From assembly GCA_038209365.1 (NCBI GenBank), contig JBBQXS010000016.1, forward strand, positions 7,870-71,869: 64,000 bases of DNA, in the 5' to 3' direction. Origin of the DNA: Acidimicrobiia bacterium (lineage in GTDB: Bacteria > Actinomycetota > Acidimicrobiia > IMCC26256 > PALSA-610). The notes below the pieces were generated by a model. That model had not been told where the DNA came from and searched no databases. It saw only the letters and a program-made list of their open reading frames with translations. Positions 1-8,720 of this stretch are shown here, piece by piece; the stretch's first letter is position 1; every line of letters begins with the position of its first letter. The translations under genes and the position numbers were made by a program.

Positions 1-11
1 CGCGCGCGCGT

Positions 12-1097
12 CTACCCCCGATGAATTTCTCCTCGCTCGAACAGCCCCTGGAGATAGGTGCGGAGTCCGAGGCCGAAGGGTGTCGGCCTGCCGTCGTCCG
101 AGAAGACGAGCGAGGGGCCGCCTTCCCCGAGGGCGGGATCCCAGGACCAAGCCAGGATGGACAAGGAGCGACGGGAGCGCCACTGGACGTCGGCCCACTC
201 CATGTACCTGGTGATGAAGTTCGGTCGACGATCGAACTCGCCGAGCTCGCCCGTGACGATGGGCACCTTCTCGGCGACGGGGGCGAACATGCGATCCCAG
301 CAGGCCGCGTTGTTGCAGTAGTCGGGGGGGCCTTCGTTGTAGAGGTGTACGCCGGCCACGAGCTGGTTGCGCGGATCGCGCAGCGGATGCGAGAGCCAGC
401 CCGAGAGGTCGTTCCCGTGGCTGAGTCCCGAGGCGATGATCGGCTGCGTCGCGCCTGTTGCTCGCACGGCGTCGATCAGGGACTGCATGCCCGCCGTCCG
501 CCACCCGTCCTTGGTCTCGCAACCGGACTGCCAGCAGCTCCACGAGATGTCGTGCGGCTCGTTGTAGAGGTCGAACATCACCGCGTGATTGTCCAAGAAC
601 GTCGTCGCGACGGAACTCCAGAACGCGGGCGCGTGGTCCGCGTCCGCCATGACTTGTTGCCCCAGCGACATGAGACTCCCGGGCGCGTTCCAGTGAAGGT
701 CGAGTATCGCGATCAGGCCGGCGTCGTTGAGGCGGCGTACGTACCCGACGATGGCGTCCCGGTAGTTGTGCCCGCTGTAGGCCGGATTGACGTCGTTGAT
801 CGCGAGCCAGCAGTCCTCGTTGAGCGGGATCCGGACCGCGTTGATGTGCCAGGACGCCATGACGGCAATCGAAGCGTCGTCGCTCGGACCGCTGAAGATC
901 CCGACGCCCATACCCTCTTCGACGACGCAGCTGTATTCGGTCCCCGAACGGTTGACACCGAACAGACGCACGCTCTGCCCTGCCGCGTCGACGAGCTGGT
1001 TTTGCTGCACGTGGATCTGGGGGCCCGAGCGCGGCGTGCTGTTCGGCGACACGAGGAGCAATCCGACGAGGGCGACGGCCCACCCGAGGCGCCGCAC
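12..1097 (-). CDS. Secreted glycoside hydrolase family 5 (endo-beta-glycanase, cellulase-like)
   Basis: 361-aa ORF with N-terminal signal peptide MRRLGWAVALVGLLLVS. Clan GH-A/GH5 catalytic motifs are visible: acid/base FDLYNEPH and nucleophile TGELGE. It starts 12 nt downstream of the GT2/GT-C gene on the same strand. Confidence 0.8.
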   Translation of the reverse strand: MRRLGWAVALVGLLLVSPNSTPRSGPQIHVQQNQLVDAAGQSVRLFGVNRSGTEYSCVVEEGMGVGIFSGPSDDASIAVMASWHINAVRIPLNEDCWLAINDVNPAYSGHNYRDAIVGYVRRLNDAGLIAILDLHWNAPGSLMSLGQQVMADADHAPAFWSSVATTFLDNHAVMFDLYNEPHDISWSCWQSGCETKDGWRTAGMQSLIDAVRATGATQPIIASGLSHGNDLSGWLSHPLRDPRNQLVAGVHLYNEGPPDYCNNAACWDRMFAPVAEKVPIVTGELGEFDRRPNFITRYMEWADVQWRSRRSLSILAWSWDPALGEGGPSLVFSDDGRPTPFGLGLRTYLQGLFERGEIHRG

Positions 1098-1109
1098 GCC
1101 TGGTTCGCC

Positions 1110-4100
1110 TCAGCCCTGCTTGGTGGCGGCGTAGTGCTGCACTCCGGGGGCAGGCGCCTTTCCGCGAATGACGGCGCGGATCTCGATGCGTAGCGGGCCG
1201 TCACCGAAGCCGGCGACCACCCGAGAATGTTTGACCGCTTCGGCGGTCTCAGGGACCTGTTCGATGTCCTTCCGCATGCCCAGCGTGGACACGACGTAGT
1301 CCATGTCCCTCCACCCGTTCGGGAAGTGCTTCTGGACGGCCGGGTCGAAATCGAACGCCCAGTAGAACACGACCGTGCCGGAGTAGAACCCGCCGTCCAT
1401 GGGGCGGGCGTCGAAGCCATGGTCGATCAGATAGATCCAGAAGTCGTCGCTGACGAGGAGACGCTTGCTGTGGTCGACGTTGTGGATGAGCCAGTCCTGA
1501 GCGGCGCGCAGTTCCCCGTCGAGTCTCAAGGTCATCACCTCCCGATCGGCGGCGGCCCAGCCGGGGGCGACGACGAGCGCAGACGCGGTCACGACGAACG
1601 CGAGCGCCGCGGCGGCCGCGACGCGCATCGGCCATGCCAAGCGCGTGGACACCCGGCCGACGATCGCTCGCCAGCCTCCTCGATCCGATCCGAGGTGCCG
1701 TACGCGCCCGCGCACGGTGCGCCACAGGACGTCGGCGGTGCCGGCAACGACGATTGCGGCGAAGGGCAGGAGCCCGATCACGTACATGAAGGGGAGGTAC
1801 CCGGGGCGCAGAATCAGCGCGAATTGAATGACACAGGCCACTGCAGCAGCCCGCGTCGTACGCCAGGCGAGCGCGATCGGCGTGAGGAAGAACGCCGCGC
1901 CGAGGAGCCATGGATCGAGCCGCAGCCAATAGCCCACGATCTCACGCACGCCGCTCTGCGGGTCGAAGATGGAGCCGGTGGTCTCGCGCCCGAAGAGCTG
2001 CTCGACGAGCTCGTCCACCAGACTCACGTGGCCCGCACCGGGAATGAGCTCACCCTTCAAGAACGCGTACAGCGGGTACGCGAGGCATGTCAGCACGAAG
2101 AAGGACGCGAGGACCGTGAGGCAATAGCGGCGCGTGCGCCGGTCGAAGTTTTGTGTTGCGGCGACGAACAGCGCCGGCAGGAATACGAGTGCGGTCTCCT
2201 TCGAGAGCACGGCCCCGGCGAAGCACGCGCCGCTGGCAGCGAAGGTCCACAGGCGACGGCGCGGCGACAGCGCGAGGACGAAGGCCGCGAGCGTCCAGGT
2301 GATCGCGGGATTGTCGAGGAACACCAGGCGATGGAAATACATCGACAGCGGTGAGAAAGCGAAGAGCACCACCGCGGCAGCGGCAAAAGGGCGGCCCATG
2401 CCGAGCCTGCGCGCAAGCGTGTACAGCAGGGCGCAGCTCACGATGCTCAGCGCGACCATGAACTGTCGGCCCACCACTATCGAGGGGAGGGTCTGGCCGA
2501 GTCCGACTGCCCAGCTCCAAAGAGTCATCGTGACCCAGCCAAGCGGCGGGTGGCCGTAGCCGTAGGTGTAGTTAGAGAGGGCGCCGTGGGTCTGGACGGC
2601 CCACGCGTTGCTGAGGTAGGTGCCTTCGTCGGGGGAGGGGCCGGGCCAATGGGACAGGTTCGTGAAGCCCACGAGCCCGACGGACGCGAGGAGGAGCAAC
2701 TGCACTGCGACGTCGACGCGTGACGCGCGGAGAACCGCTCGGAATGCGCGCCGGCCTGTGCGCGGGCTCTGCCGCGAATCAGCCCGATCGATTGGCATCG
2801 GTGCGAGCGGCGGGAGCATCGGTGCGACGTTGTCGTCCGTTTGATGCGCTCGCCACGGCGCGCGACGCGGCGGGGCGACCACGTTTCCGTGCGCGCCCGC
2901 GCCATGGTCGGGCCCGCGATTCCCGTTGGAGTTCGCGCTGCCGTTCGACCGCTCGGGCGCAGAGGAAACGGCAACGCCGTTCCGAGTCACGGCCGAGCCG
3001 GAGACGGCCACGCGCCGGCGCATGAGGGGTTCGGACGTGCCCGCTGATCGGGCGGTGTACGGACCCCGGAATCGAGACCGTCGGCTCGTGGTGCCCGCGA
3101 ACACGCCGGCAACGGTCGTGTCGGCATGCGCGGTGGTGACGGTCGTGTCGGCGTGCGCGGTGGTGACGGTCGTGTCGGCGTGCGCCGCAACGCTCGTGTT
3201 GACGTGCATCGCCAGCCTGTCCGACACGGACACCGTTATCTCAGGCTGTGCTTCGCGCTCCGCGGGCTTGGCGGGTGAGTCGTGCCGTGCGAGATGCAAA
3301 CCGAAGTGCGTCGTCTTGTCCCACCCTCGCACGCCGCGCGCCTCGCGCACGACGGCCTGCACGGCTGCAAGCGCGAGAACAGCCTGGTAGACCGGCAGGC
3401 CGAGGGCGAGGCGTCCGTAGTCGCGGATCGACACACGTTCCCCGAACGATCGACCGAAGTCGCCCAGGCCCGCGATCTCTACGGCGAGGACGGCCAACAT
3501 GGGGAACGCGGGAAGGAACGAGAGCAACGTGACCGGTACCGGAGCCTTCACGAGGATCGCCGTCGCGATGGCTGCCGGAAACATGATCAGCACCAAAGCC
3601 ATCAGGTACGGCATTCCCAGGGCAAAGAGCCCGAGCGCGCGCTGTTTGAGCGGCAGACGTTGCCAGTACCTTCTCGACAGTGTCTGAAGGTATCCCTGGT
3701 TCCAGCGCGTGCGTTGACGGAGAAAGGCGCGGAGCGTCGGCGGCGTTTCCTCGCGCGTGACGATCTCGGGCTCGTAGAAGACAACCGTCTTGGCGCCGAG
3801 TGAGCTCAGCCGTACTCCGAGCTCGCAGTCCTCCGCCAAGCACTCTGCGTCCCAGCCTCCGACCTCCCGCAACACCTTGGTTCGTATGAACACCGTGTTC
3901 CCACCGAGCGGGATGAAGCCGACGCGCGCGTGGAAGTGAAGGCGGCTGCGGAACCAGAAGTAGTACTCGAGAACGTTGCGCAGCGCGAACCAGCTCGAGC
4001 GGAAGTTCATGAGCTGGACGCCGGCCTGGACGACGTCGGCACCCGTCTTCTGGAAGCACTGGTCGACCCGCTGCAGGAGTGCCGGATGAACATCGTCCTC

Positions 4101-4799
4101 GGCATCGAACACGCCGGTGATCTCGCCGCTGCAGTGCCGAAGTGCTGCGTTCAGCGCCTTCGGTTTGTTCTTCGGCTCGCTGTCGTCGAGGACAACCTTC
4201 ACGCGATCGGGATACGCACGCGCGACGCGTTCAGCCACTTCTTGCGTCCCGGAGTCGTCAGTTCCCACGACGACGAGCACCTCGAAGTTGGGATGCTCGG
4301 TCGCCACGATTCGGGACAGCGTCGTCTCGAGGACACTTTCCTCATGGCGCGCGGGGATGATCAACGAGAAGGAAAGGCGTGGGTCGAGCCGCTCGGTTCC
4401 GAGACCCGTTGCGTCGAACGCGGCCGGGTGCCGCCAGGTGTCGACCATCCACACGAGGGTCGTCGCACACACGGCGGCCATCACCATGGAGACGCCGACA
4501 TAGAAGAGGTACAAGAGCAACGTGATCTGGACATGCCACAGGTAGGCCGGGACGAAGATCCCGGCCGCCGCGAGCGACACCACGAGCCACAGCGTGGGCA
4601 CTCGACGGGCGCGGGAGCGGTCAGGCCCGGTCGCGAACGGCCCGGCCAGGCGCGCGTCCGTCAGGCCTCGTCTGCCTTGCTTCGCGTATGTGTCGACTGG
4701 CGCGAGTGGCGCGTGTGCGCCGTCGGGCGCATCGATCGCCACAATTACCCCTTCGGAAACCGGTGGAACCGCTTCCCCGTTGCTGCTACCCGACTGCAA
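1110..4799 (-). CDS. Fusion glycosyltransferase: membrane GT2 processive synthase + low-complexity linker + GT-C (PMT_2/ArnT-like) domain
   Basis: 1229-aa ORF. N-terminal half: TM helices, GT2 motifs IIPARHEE, DAEDD and QRTRWNQG (QxxRW processive-synthase signature), then more TM helices. Middle: ~200 aa Ser/Ala/Arg/Thr-rich linker with TTVTTAHAD repeats. C-terminal half: multi-TM domain opening with the PSPDEGTYLSNAW (DE loop-1) motif typical of GT-C/PMT-like enzymes, plus a soluble tail. Start uncertain: TTG at 4799, or alternative GTGs near 4742 and 4601. Confidence 0.75.
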   Translation of the reverse strand: MQSGSSNGEAVPPVSEGVIVAIDAPDGAHAPLAPVDTYAKQGRRGLTDARLAGPFATGPDRSRARRVPTLWLVVSLAAAGIFVPAYLWHVQITLLLYLFYVGVSMVMAAVCATTLVWMVDTWRHPAAFDATGLGTERLDPRLSFSLIIPARHEESVLETTLSRIVATEHPNFEVLVVVGTDDSGTQEVAERVARAYPDRVKVVLDDSEPKNKPKALNAALRHCSGEITGVFDAEDDVHPALLQRVDQCFQKTGADVVQAGVQLMNFRSSWFALRNVLEYYFWFRSRLHFHARVGFIPLGGNTVFIRTKVLREVGGWDAECLAEDCELGVRLSSLGAKTVVFYEPEIVTREETPPTLRAFLRQRTRWNQGYLQTLSRRYWQRLPLKQRALGLFALGMPYLMALVLIMFPAAIATAILVKAPVPVTLLSFLPAFPMLAVLAVEIAGLGDFGRSFGERVSIRDYGRLALGLPVYQAVLALAAVQAVVREARGVRGWDKTTHFGLHLARHDSPAKPAEREAQPEITVSVSDRLAMHVNTSVAAHADTTVTTAHADTTVTTAHADTTVAGVFAGTTSRRSRFRGPYTARSAGTSEPLMRRRVAVSGSAVTRNGVAVSSAPERSNGSANSNGNRGPDHGAGAHGNVVAPPRRAPWRAHQTDDNVAPMLPPLAPMPIDRADSRQSPRTGRRAFRAVLRASRVDVAVQLLLLASVGLVGFTNLSHWPGPSPDEGTYLSNAWAVQTHGALSNYTYGYGHPPLGWVTMTLWSWAVGLGQTLPSIVVGRQFMVALSIVSCALLYTLARRLGMGRPFAAAAVVLFAFSPLSMYFHRLVFLDNPAITWTLAAFVLALSPRRRLWTFAASGACFAGAVLSKETALVFLPALFVAATQNFDRRTRRYCLTVLASFFVLTCLAYPLYAFLKGELIPGAGHVSLVDELVEQLFGRETTGSIFDPQSGVREIVGYWLRLDPWLLGAAFFLTPIALAWRTTRAAAVACVIQFALILRPGYLPFMYVIGLLPFAAIVVAGTADVLWRTVRGRVRHLGSDRGGWRAIVGRVSTRLAWPMRVAAAAALAFVVTASALVVAPGWAAADREVMTLRLDGELRAAQDWLIHNVDHSKRLLVSDDFWIYLIDHGFDARPMDGGFYSGTVVFYWAFDFDPAVQKHFPNGWRDMDYVVSTLGMRKDIEQVPETAEAVKHSRVVAGFGDGPLRIEIRAVIRGKAPAPGVQHYAATKQG
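3112..3185. repeat. 27-bp tandem repeat, about 2.7 units, in frame inside the GT2/GT-C linker
   Basis: Units acggtcgtgtcggc(a/g)tgcgcggtggtg at 3112-3138 and 3139-3165, with a partial unit at 3166-3185. Translates on the minus strand to AHADTTVTT repeats. Confidence 0.9.
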
Positions 4800-5057
4800 A
4801 ATGGCCGACGAACCTGGCGGGGAGACGGGGTGAGATGCCGTCGCTCGGGTGCGTGGTCCAAAATACGAAGCAGTTCTTCACCCCGCCCTCCCCGGTTTGC
4901 TCTTCGGCGCAAGTGAACACGCCAACGCGTGCCGGGACAATGAACAATATTTGCCATGTCCGCGGAGTGACGGGTCAACCGCGCCAGGTTTTCCCAATCC
5001 AGAGCCCGAACTGCGCGCAGAGCCGTCGCAAGCCTCCCTCTATGGTGCTCGACGCCG

Positions 5058-5690
5058 ATGTCGAACATCCCGCCGGATCAGACGCCTTTCCCCCCGGAAT
5101 TCTTCGTGCGGGACGACGAGTCCGGGGACGCCGGGTTCTATGCGTCCCCGCGCTTCGTTACGCATATCGACGAAGGCGCGATCGCGGCTGTCGGCGCGCT
5201 CTATGAGGAAATGCGGCTCGGAGGCGCCGTCCTCGATCTCATGGGCTCGTGGGTCTCGCATTTCACCCGGACGCCGGACGCGCTGACCGTGCTCGGGATG
5301 AACGCGGACGAGCTCGCCGCGAACCGCCAGGCCCGGGCGTGGGTCGTCCATGACCTCAACGCGCAGCCCAGGATTCCCTTTGCCGACGACGCGTTCGACC
5401 ACGCGACCTGCTGCGTCTCGGTCGACTACCTGACGCGCCCGGTCGACGTGTTCCGTGACGTGGCTCGGGTCGTGCGACCCGGCGGCCTCTTCGTGTGCAC
5501 GTTCTCGAACCGGCTGTTCCCGACCAAGGCGATCCGGGGATGGCTCGCATCCGATGACGACGCGCACCAGCAGATCGTGGCCGAGTACTTTCGCCGCGCC
5601 GGCGGTTACGCCCCCGCGATCGCGCGCCGATGCACGCCCGACACGCATCGCGGCGACCCGCTCTTCGCGGTCTGGGCCACAGTGACCTGA
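5058..5690 (+). CDS. Class I SAM-dependent methyltransferase
   Basis: 210-aa ORF. FYASPRFVTHIDEGAI and VLDLMGSWVSHF (motif I-like) are followed by an acidic post-I residue and the FDHATCCVSVDYL / RPGGLFVCTFSN blocks typical of Methyltransf_11-type enzymes. Confidence 0.7.
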   Translation: MSNIPPDQTPFPPEFFVRDDESGDAGFYASPRFVTHIDEGAIAAVGALYEEMRLGGAVLDLMGSWVSHFTRTPDALTVLGMNADELAANRQARAWVVHDLNAQPRIPFADDAFDHATCCVSVDYLTRPVDVFRDVARVVRPGGLFVCTFSNRLFPTKAIRGWLASDDDAHQQIVAEYFRRAGGYAPAIARRCTPDTHRGDPLFAVWATVT

Positions 5691-6325
5691 CCGGACCGAG
5701 GGGGCGTGTGGTCTGCGGGGCCGAGGGCGAGGGCGTACTTGAGTGTCGACCCGATGGCGAGACCGAGGGCGGAGCCGCCGACGACGTCGAGCGGGTTGTG
5801 CGCGCCGACATAGATGCGCGCGAACCCGTTGAGCGCGGCGAGCACCCAGGGGACGAGCTTCCACCACCGGTGCAGATACGGACTGATCAACGCTGCGAGC
5901 GCGACCGCGAGTACTGCATGTCCCGACACGAAGCTGTTGCCGGCGGCAGGGACGTCACCCCGCAGGATGACGTCGCCGATCGTCGTCCCCGGTCGCTCGC
6001 GCTCGACGACGAGCTTCACGACCCGCTCGCCGAGCAGCTTCAGGACGGTCGCAGCGATCGCGGCGAGCGCGAGCCGCCGCCGGTGCACGACGAACGCGAC
6101 GATGGCGACAAGAGGTCCGACGAGGATCGTGCCGAGCTGCTGGAATGGCCATACCGGCCGGTACAGCCACCCGGGCAGGTCGTTGATGGCGTGGAAGACA
6201 TCTGCTTCCCACGACGGCACCGTGCCGTTGTGCGCGACGAGGCCGCACGCAACCAGTACCACGAGGCCCACTGCTGCGACGACAAGATCAGCAGTCCGCC
6301 GAGGAGTCGCCACGGCGCGGACCAT
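5606..6325 (-). CDS. PAP2 superfamily membrane lipid-phosphate phosphatase
   Basis: 239 aa, multi-TM. Three-part PAP2 signature: KLVVERERP, SFVSGH, ARIYVGAHNPLDVVGG. Its 3' end overlaps the convergent methyltransferase by 85 nt. Confidence 0.8.
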   Translation of the reverse strand: MVRAVATPRRTADLVVAAVGLVVLVACGLVAHNGTVPSWEADVFHAINDLPGWLYRPVWPFQQLGTILVGPLVAIVAFVVHRRRLALAAIAATVLKLLGERVVKLVVERERPGTTIGDVILRGDVPAAGNSFVSGHAVLAVALAALISPYLHRWWKLVPWVLAALNGFARIYVGAHNPLDVVGGSALGLAIGSTLKYALALGPADHTPPRSGQVTVAQTAKSGSPRCVSGVHRRAIAGA

Positions 6326-6343
6326 ACGTCACGCAGTACTGTC

Positions 6344-7465
6344 GTGACCATCGACAGCGGGGACACAGCATTCGCGGATACTGATCCGGAGCCGACGTCG
6401 ACGACGACGAAGGCGCGACCTCCGGCGTGGCGCAAGTACGTCGGCATCGCGCTTTCGCTCGCGGTCATCATCGCCGTGTTCTTCTACTTCCTCCCGAAGG
6501 TCGCGGACTACGGCGACGTGTGGGAAACCATCAAGGACATGACGCCCCTCGAGATCGTGACGCTGTTGGCCGTCGCGGCGTGGAACCTCATCAGCTACCA
6601 GCCGGCGATCATGGCCTCGCTCCCCGGGATGACGTTCGGGCAGGCGACGATCTCGTCACAGGCGTCGACCGCGGTCGCGAACACCGTGCCGGTCGGGGGC
6701 GTGTTCGGCATCGGCATGACTGCGACGATGTACCGGTCGTGGGGTTTCAAGCGCCGTCCGATCACGCTGTCGCTGCTCGTCTCGGGGATCTGGAACAACT
6801 TCGCGAAGCTGCTACTGCCCGTCGTGGCGCTCGTACTGGTCGTCATCAGCGGAAGCGCGAGCGCCAGTGTCGTGATTGCCTCGGCGACCGGCGTAATCGC
6901 CCTGGCGGTTTTCCTCGTGCTGTTCACCGCGATCCTGCGCAGCGAGAAGGCCGCGTTCGCGATCGGCGAGTGGGGCTCCAACCGCATGAACTGGCTTCGG
7001 CGGCGCCGCAACAAAGCGCCGATCAGCAGCTTCGGCCACACGCTGGTGAAGTTCCGGCGGGAGACGATCGATCTCGTCCGGCATCGTTGGGTGTCGCTCA
7101 CCGTCTTCACACTGATCAGTCATCTCTCGCTGTTCCTCGTGCTGCTGGTCGCGTTGCGGCACGTCGGCGTCTCCCAGGAAGAAGTGAGCTGGCAGGAGGC
7201 ACTGGCGGCCTTCTCGTTCATCCGCCTCGTCTCTGCCATCCCGTTGACGCCGGGCGGCCTGGGCGTGGTCGAGCTGGGTCTGACCGGGGGACTGGTCGCG
7301 GCCGGCGGAGACGACGCGCAAGTCGTTGCCGCGGTCCTCGTGTACCGCGCCCTCACGTATCTGCCGCCGATCCCGATCGGTGCGGTGTGCTACCTGCTCT
7401 GGCGCCGTCAGCTGGCCCGCCGGCCGTCGCCGGAGATGCCGACGCCGGTGATCGCCCCCACCTGA
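6344..7465 (+). CDS. UPF0104 / lysylphosphatidylglycerol-synthase-TM-region (flippase-like) membrane protein
   Basis: Only the downstream part of ORF 5630-7465 is used, since its 5' part is antisense to the PAP2 gene. GTG at 6344 precedes a polytopic membrane protein (KYVGIALSLAVIIAVFFYFLPKV ... LTPGGLGVVELGL). The family call is by resemblance only. Confidence 0.6.
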   Translation: MTIDSGDTAFADTDPEPTSTTTKARPPAWRKYVGIALSLAVIIAVFFYFLPKVADYGDVWETIKDMTPLEIVTLLAVAAWNLISYQPAIMASLPGMTFGQATISSQASTAVANTVPVGGVFGIGMTATMYRSWGFKRRPITLSLLVSGIWNNFAKLLLPVVALVLVVISGSASASVVIASATGVIALAVFLVLFTAILRSEKAAFAIGEWGSNRMNWLRRRRNKAPISSFGHTLVKFRRETIDLVRHRWVSLTVFTLISHLSLFLVLLVALRHVGVSQEEVSWQEALAAFSFIRLVSAIPLTPGGLGVVELGLTGGLVAAGGDDAQVVAAVLVYRALTYLPPIPIGAVCYLLWRRQLARRPSPEMPTPVIAPT

Positions 7466-8154
7466 GGCGCGGCTTCGGTCCGGTGTCGGCGCGCCCGAAC
7501 CTGTTCCAGGGCGGCGGGCCAGAACAGCGCGAGGCCGGCGCCGATCAGGCTCCCACCGACGACGTCGGTCAGCCAGTGCGCGCCGAGGTACGTGCGCGAC
7601 AAGGCGATCAGGAACGTCAGCAACGCGGCGAGGAGCTCCCACCGCAGCCGGCGGCGACCGGGCGGGAGCAGCGCGAGCACAACCCCGATCGCGGTGACCG
7701 CGATCGCAATCGCATGGCCCGACGGATACGACGCGCCGCTCGTGACAATGAGCGAGCCGGGCGGGCGGGGACGATCGATCGCCGCCTTCAACGGGCCGAT
7801 GCAGAGCTCGGACGTGACGACCGCGCCGACGAACGCGCTCAGCTGCAGGAACCGGCGGCGCACGAGCAGGATCACCACCGTTGCGCCGCGCACGCTCCAT
7901 GAGACCGTCGCCGATCCCAGCGTGGTGAGCCCCTCGAACACCCGTGTTGCCGGATGCCAGCGCGCGTCCTGCATGAGGTCCCGCCACCAGTCGTCGACGA
8001 CCTGTATGCCGGAACGGGTCGACGGGTTGGCGATGAGGACAGAGAGCACGACCGCGGCGAACAGCATGATCAGGGAGGCGACGAGCACTCGCCTGCGGTT
8101 CAACAGCATGTGCGGATGCGGCAGGTGCGGATGCGGCAGGTGCGCGTGTGGCAT
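7408..8154 (-). CDS. PAP2 superfamily membrane lipid-phosphate phosphatase with His/Pro-repeat N-terminus
   Basis: 248 aa. PAP2 signature KAAIDRPRP, SYPSGH, SRTYLGAHWLTDVVGG. Start overlaps the stop of the upstream lipoprotein gene by 1 nt. An alternative ATG at 8109 would remove the MPHAHLPHPHLPHPH extension. Confidence 0.8.
   Translation of the reverse strand: MPHAHLPHPHLPHPHMLLNRRRVLVASLIMLFAAVVLSVLIANPSTRSGIQVVDDWWRDLMQDARWHPATRVFEGLTTLGSATVSWSVRGATVVILLVRRRFLQLSAFVGAVVTSELCIGPLKAAIDRPRPPGSLIVTSGASYPSGHAIAIAVTAIGVVLALLPPGRRRLRWELLAALLTFLIALSRTYLGAHWLTDVVGGSLIGAGLALFWPAALEQVRARRHRTEAAPQVGAITGVGISGDGRRAS
8110..8154. repeat. 15-bp tandem repeat x3 (third unit diverged) at the 5' end of the PAP2 gene
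   Basis: gtgcggatgcggcag at 8110-8124 and 8125-8139, then gtgcgcgtgtggcat at 8140-8154. Encodes HLPHP repeats on the minus strand. Confidence 0.8.
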
Positions 8155-8720
8155 CAGGGCCCGTTCTCGATCACGCCGTGTGACTCCCGGTCCAGTGCTT
8201 CGCGAAGCTCGGCGCGGGTCGTGAAACCGACCATCAACGTCGCTTCGTTGACCAGGATGCTCGGTCGATCGGTGTCGAGCTCGAATCGATACGTGACACA
8301 GCCGCCGTCGAAGACATACGAGCGCGTGCCGGCGTAGTCGGGAGAGACCCGGTCAACCGTCTCGTACCGCTCGGTCTGTGGCTCGTCGGAGGGGATGCGC
8401 ACGGCACCGGCCGTGTCGCACGTGTGGGCCAGTGTGACTTCCAATGCGTGCTCACCGGCCCGGTCGGAGGCGAGCGTCATACGCGAGCGGTTTTGGCGCA
8501 CGTCGAGCTCGACGAAGCTCCAACCGGCGGGCATCCCTCGCACGCACGGGACGAGCGTCGCGTCCCGGACCGACTGCGCGATCAGCGTCAGCGTCGAGAG
8601 CTGCTCGGTGCCGCAGTCCGGTCGGGCCAGGGTGACGTCGGAGCCGCAGGCAGCGATCGTCGACCCCGCGAGCAATGCGACGGCCGACGCAGCACCAAGG
8701 CGAGCGGCCCTCCGCCTCAC
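8154..8720 (-). CDS. Lipoprotein of unknown function
   Basis: 188 aa with lipobox signal MRRRAARLGAASAVALLAGSTIAAC. Has a 4-nt overlap with the upstream PAP2-kinase gene and a 1-nt overlap with the downstream PAP2 gene. No recognisable family. Confidence 0.6.
   Translation of the reverse strand: MRRRAARLGAASAVALLAGSTIAACGSDVTLARPDCGTEQLSTLTLIAQSVRDATLVPCVRGMPAGWSFVELDVRQNRSRMTLASDRAGEHALEVTLAHTCDTAGAVRIPSDEPQTERYETVDRVSPDYAGTRSYVFDGGCVTYRFELDTDRPSILVNEATLMVGFTTRAELREALDRESHGVIENGP

Noticed and set aside
1-10. The (CG)5 run at the very start of the window.
   Set aside because: It is truncated by the window edge, is too short to interpret, and lies just downstream of the GH5 stop. No claim can be supported.
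3112-3185. Tandem 27-bp repeats as a possible CRISPR array or minisatellite element.
   Set aside because: The units are directly adjacent with no spacers, lie in frame inside a coding region, and no cas genes are present. This is a coding tandem repeat.
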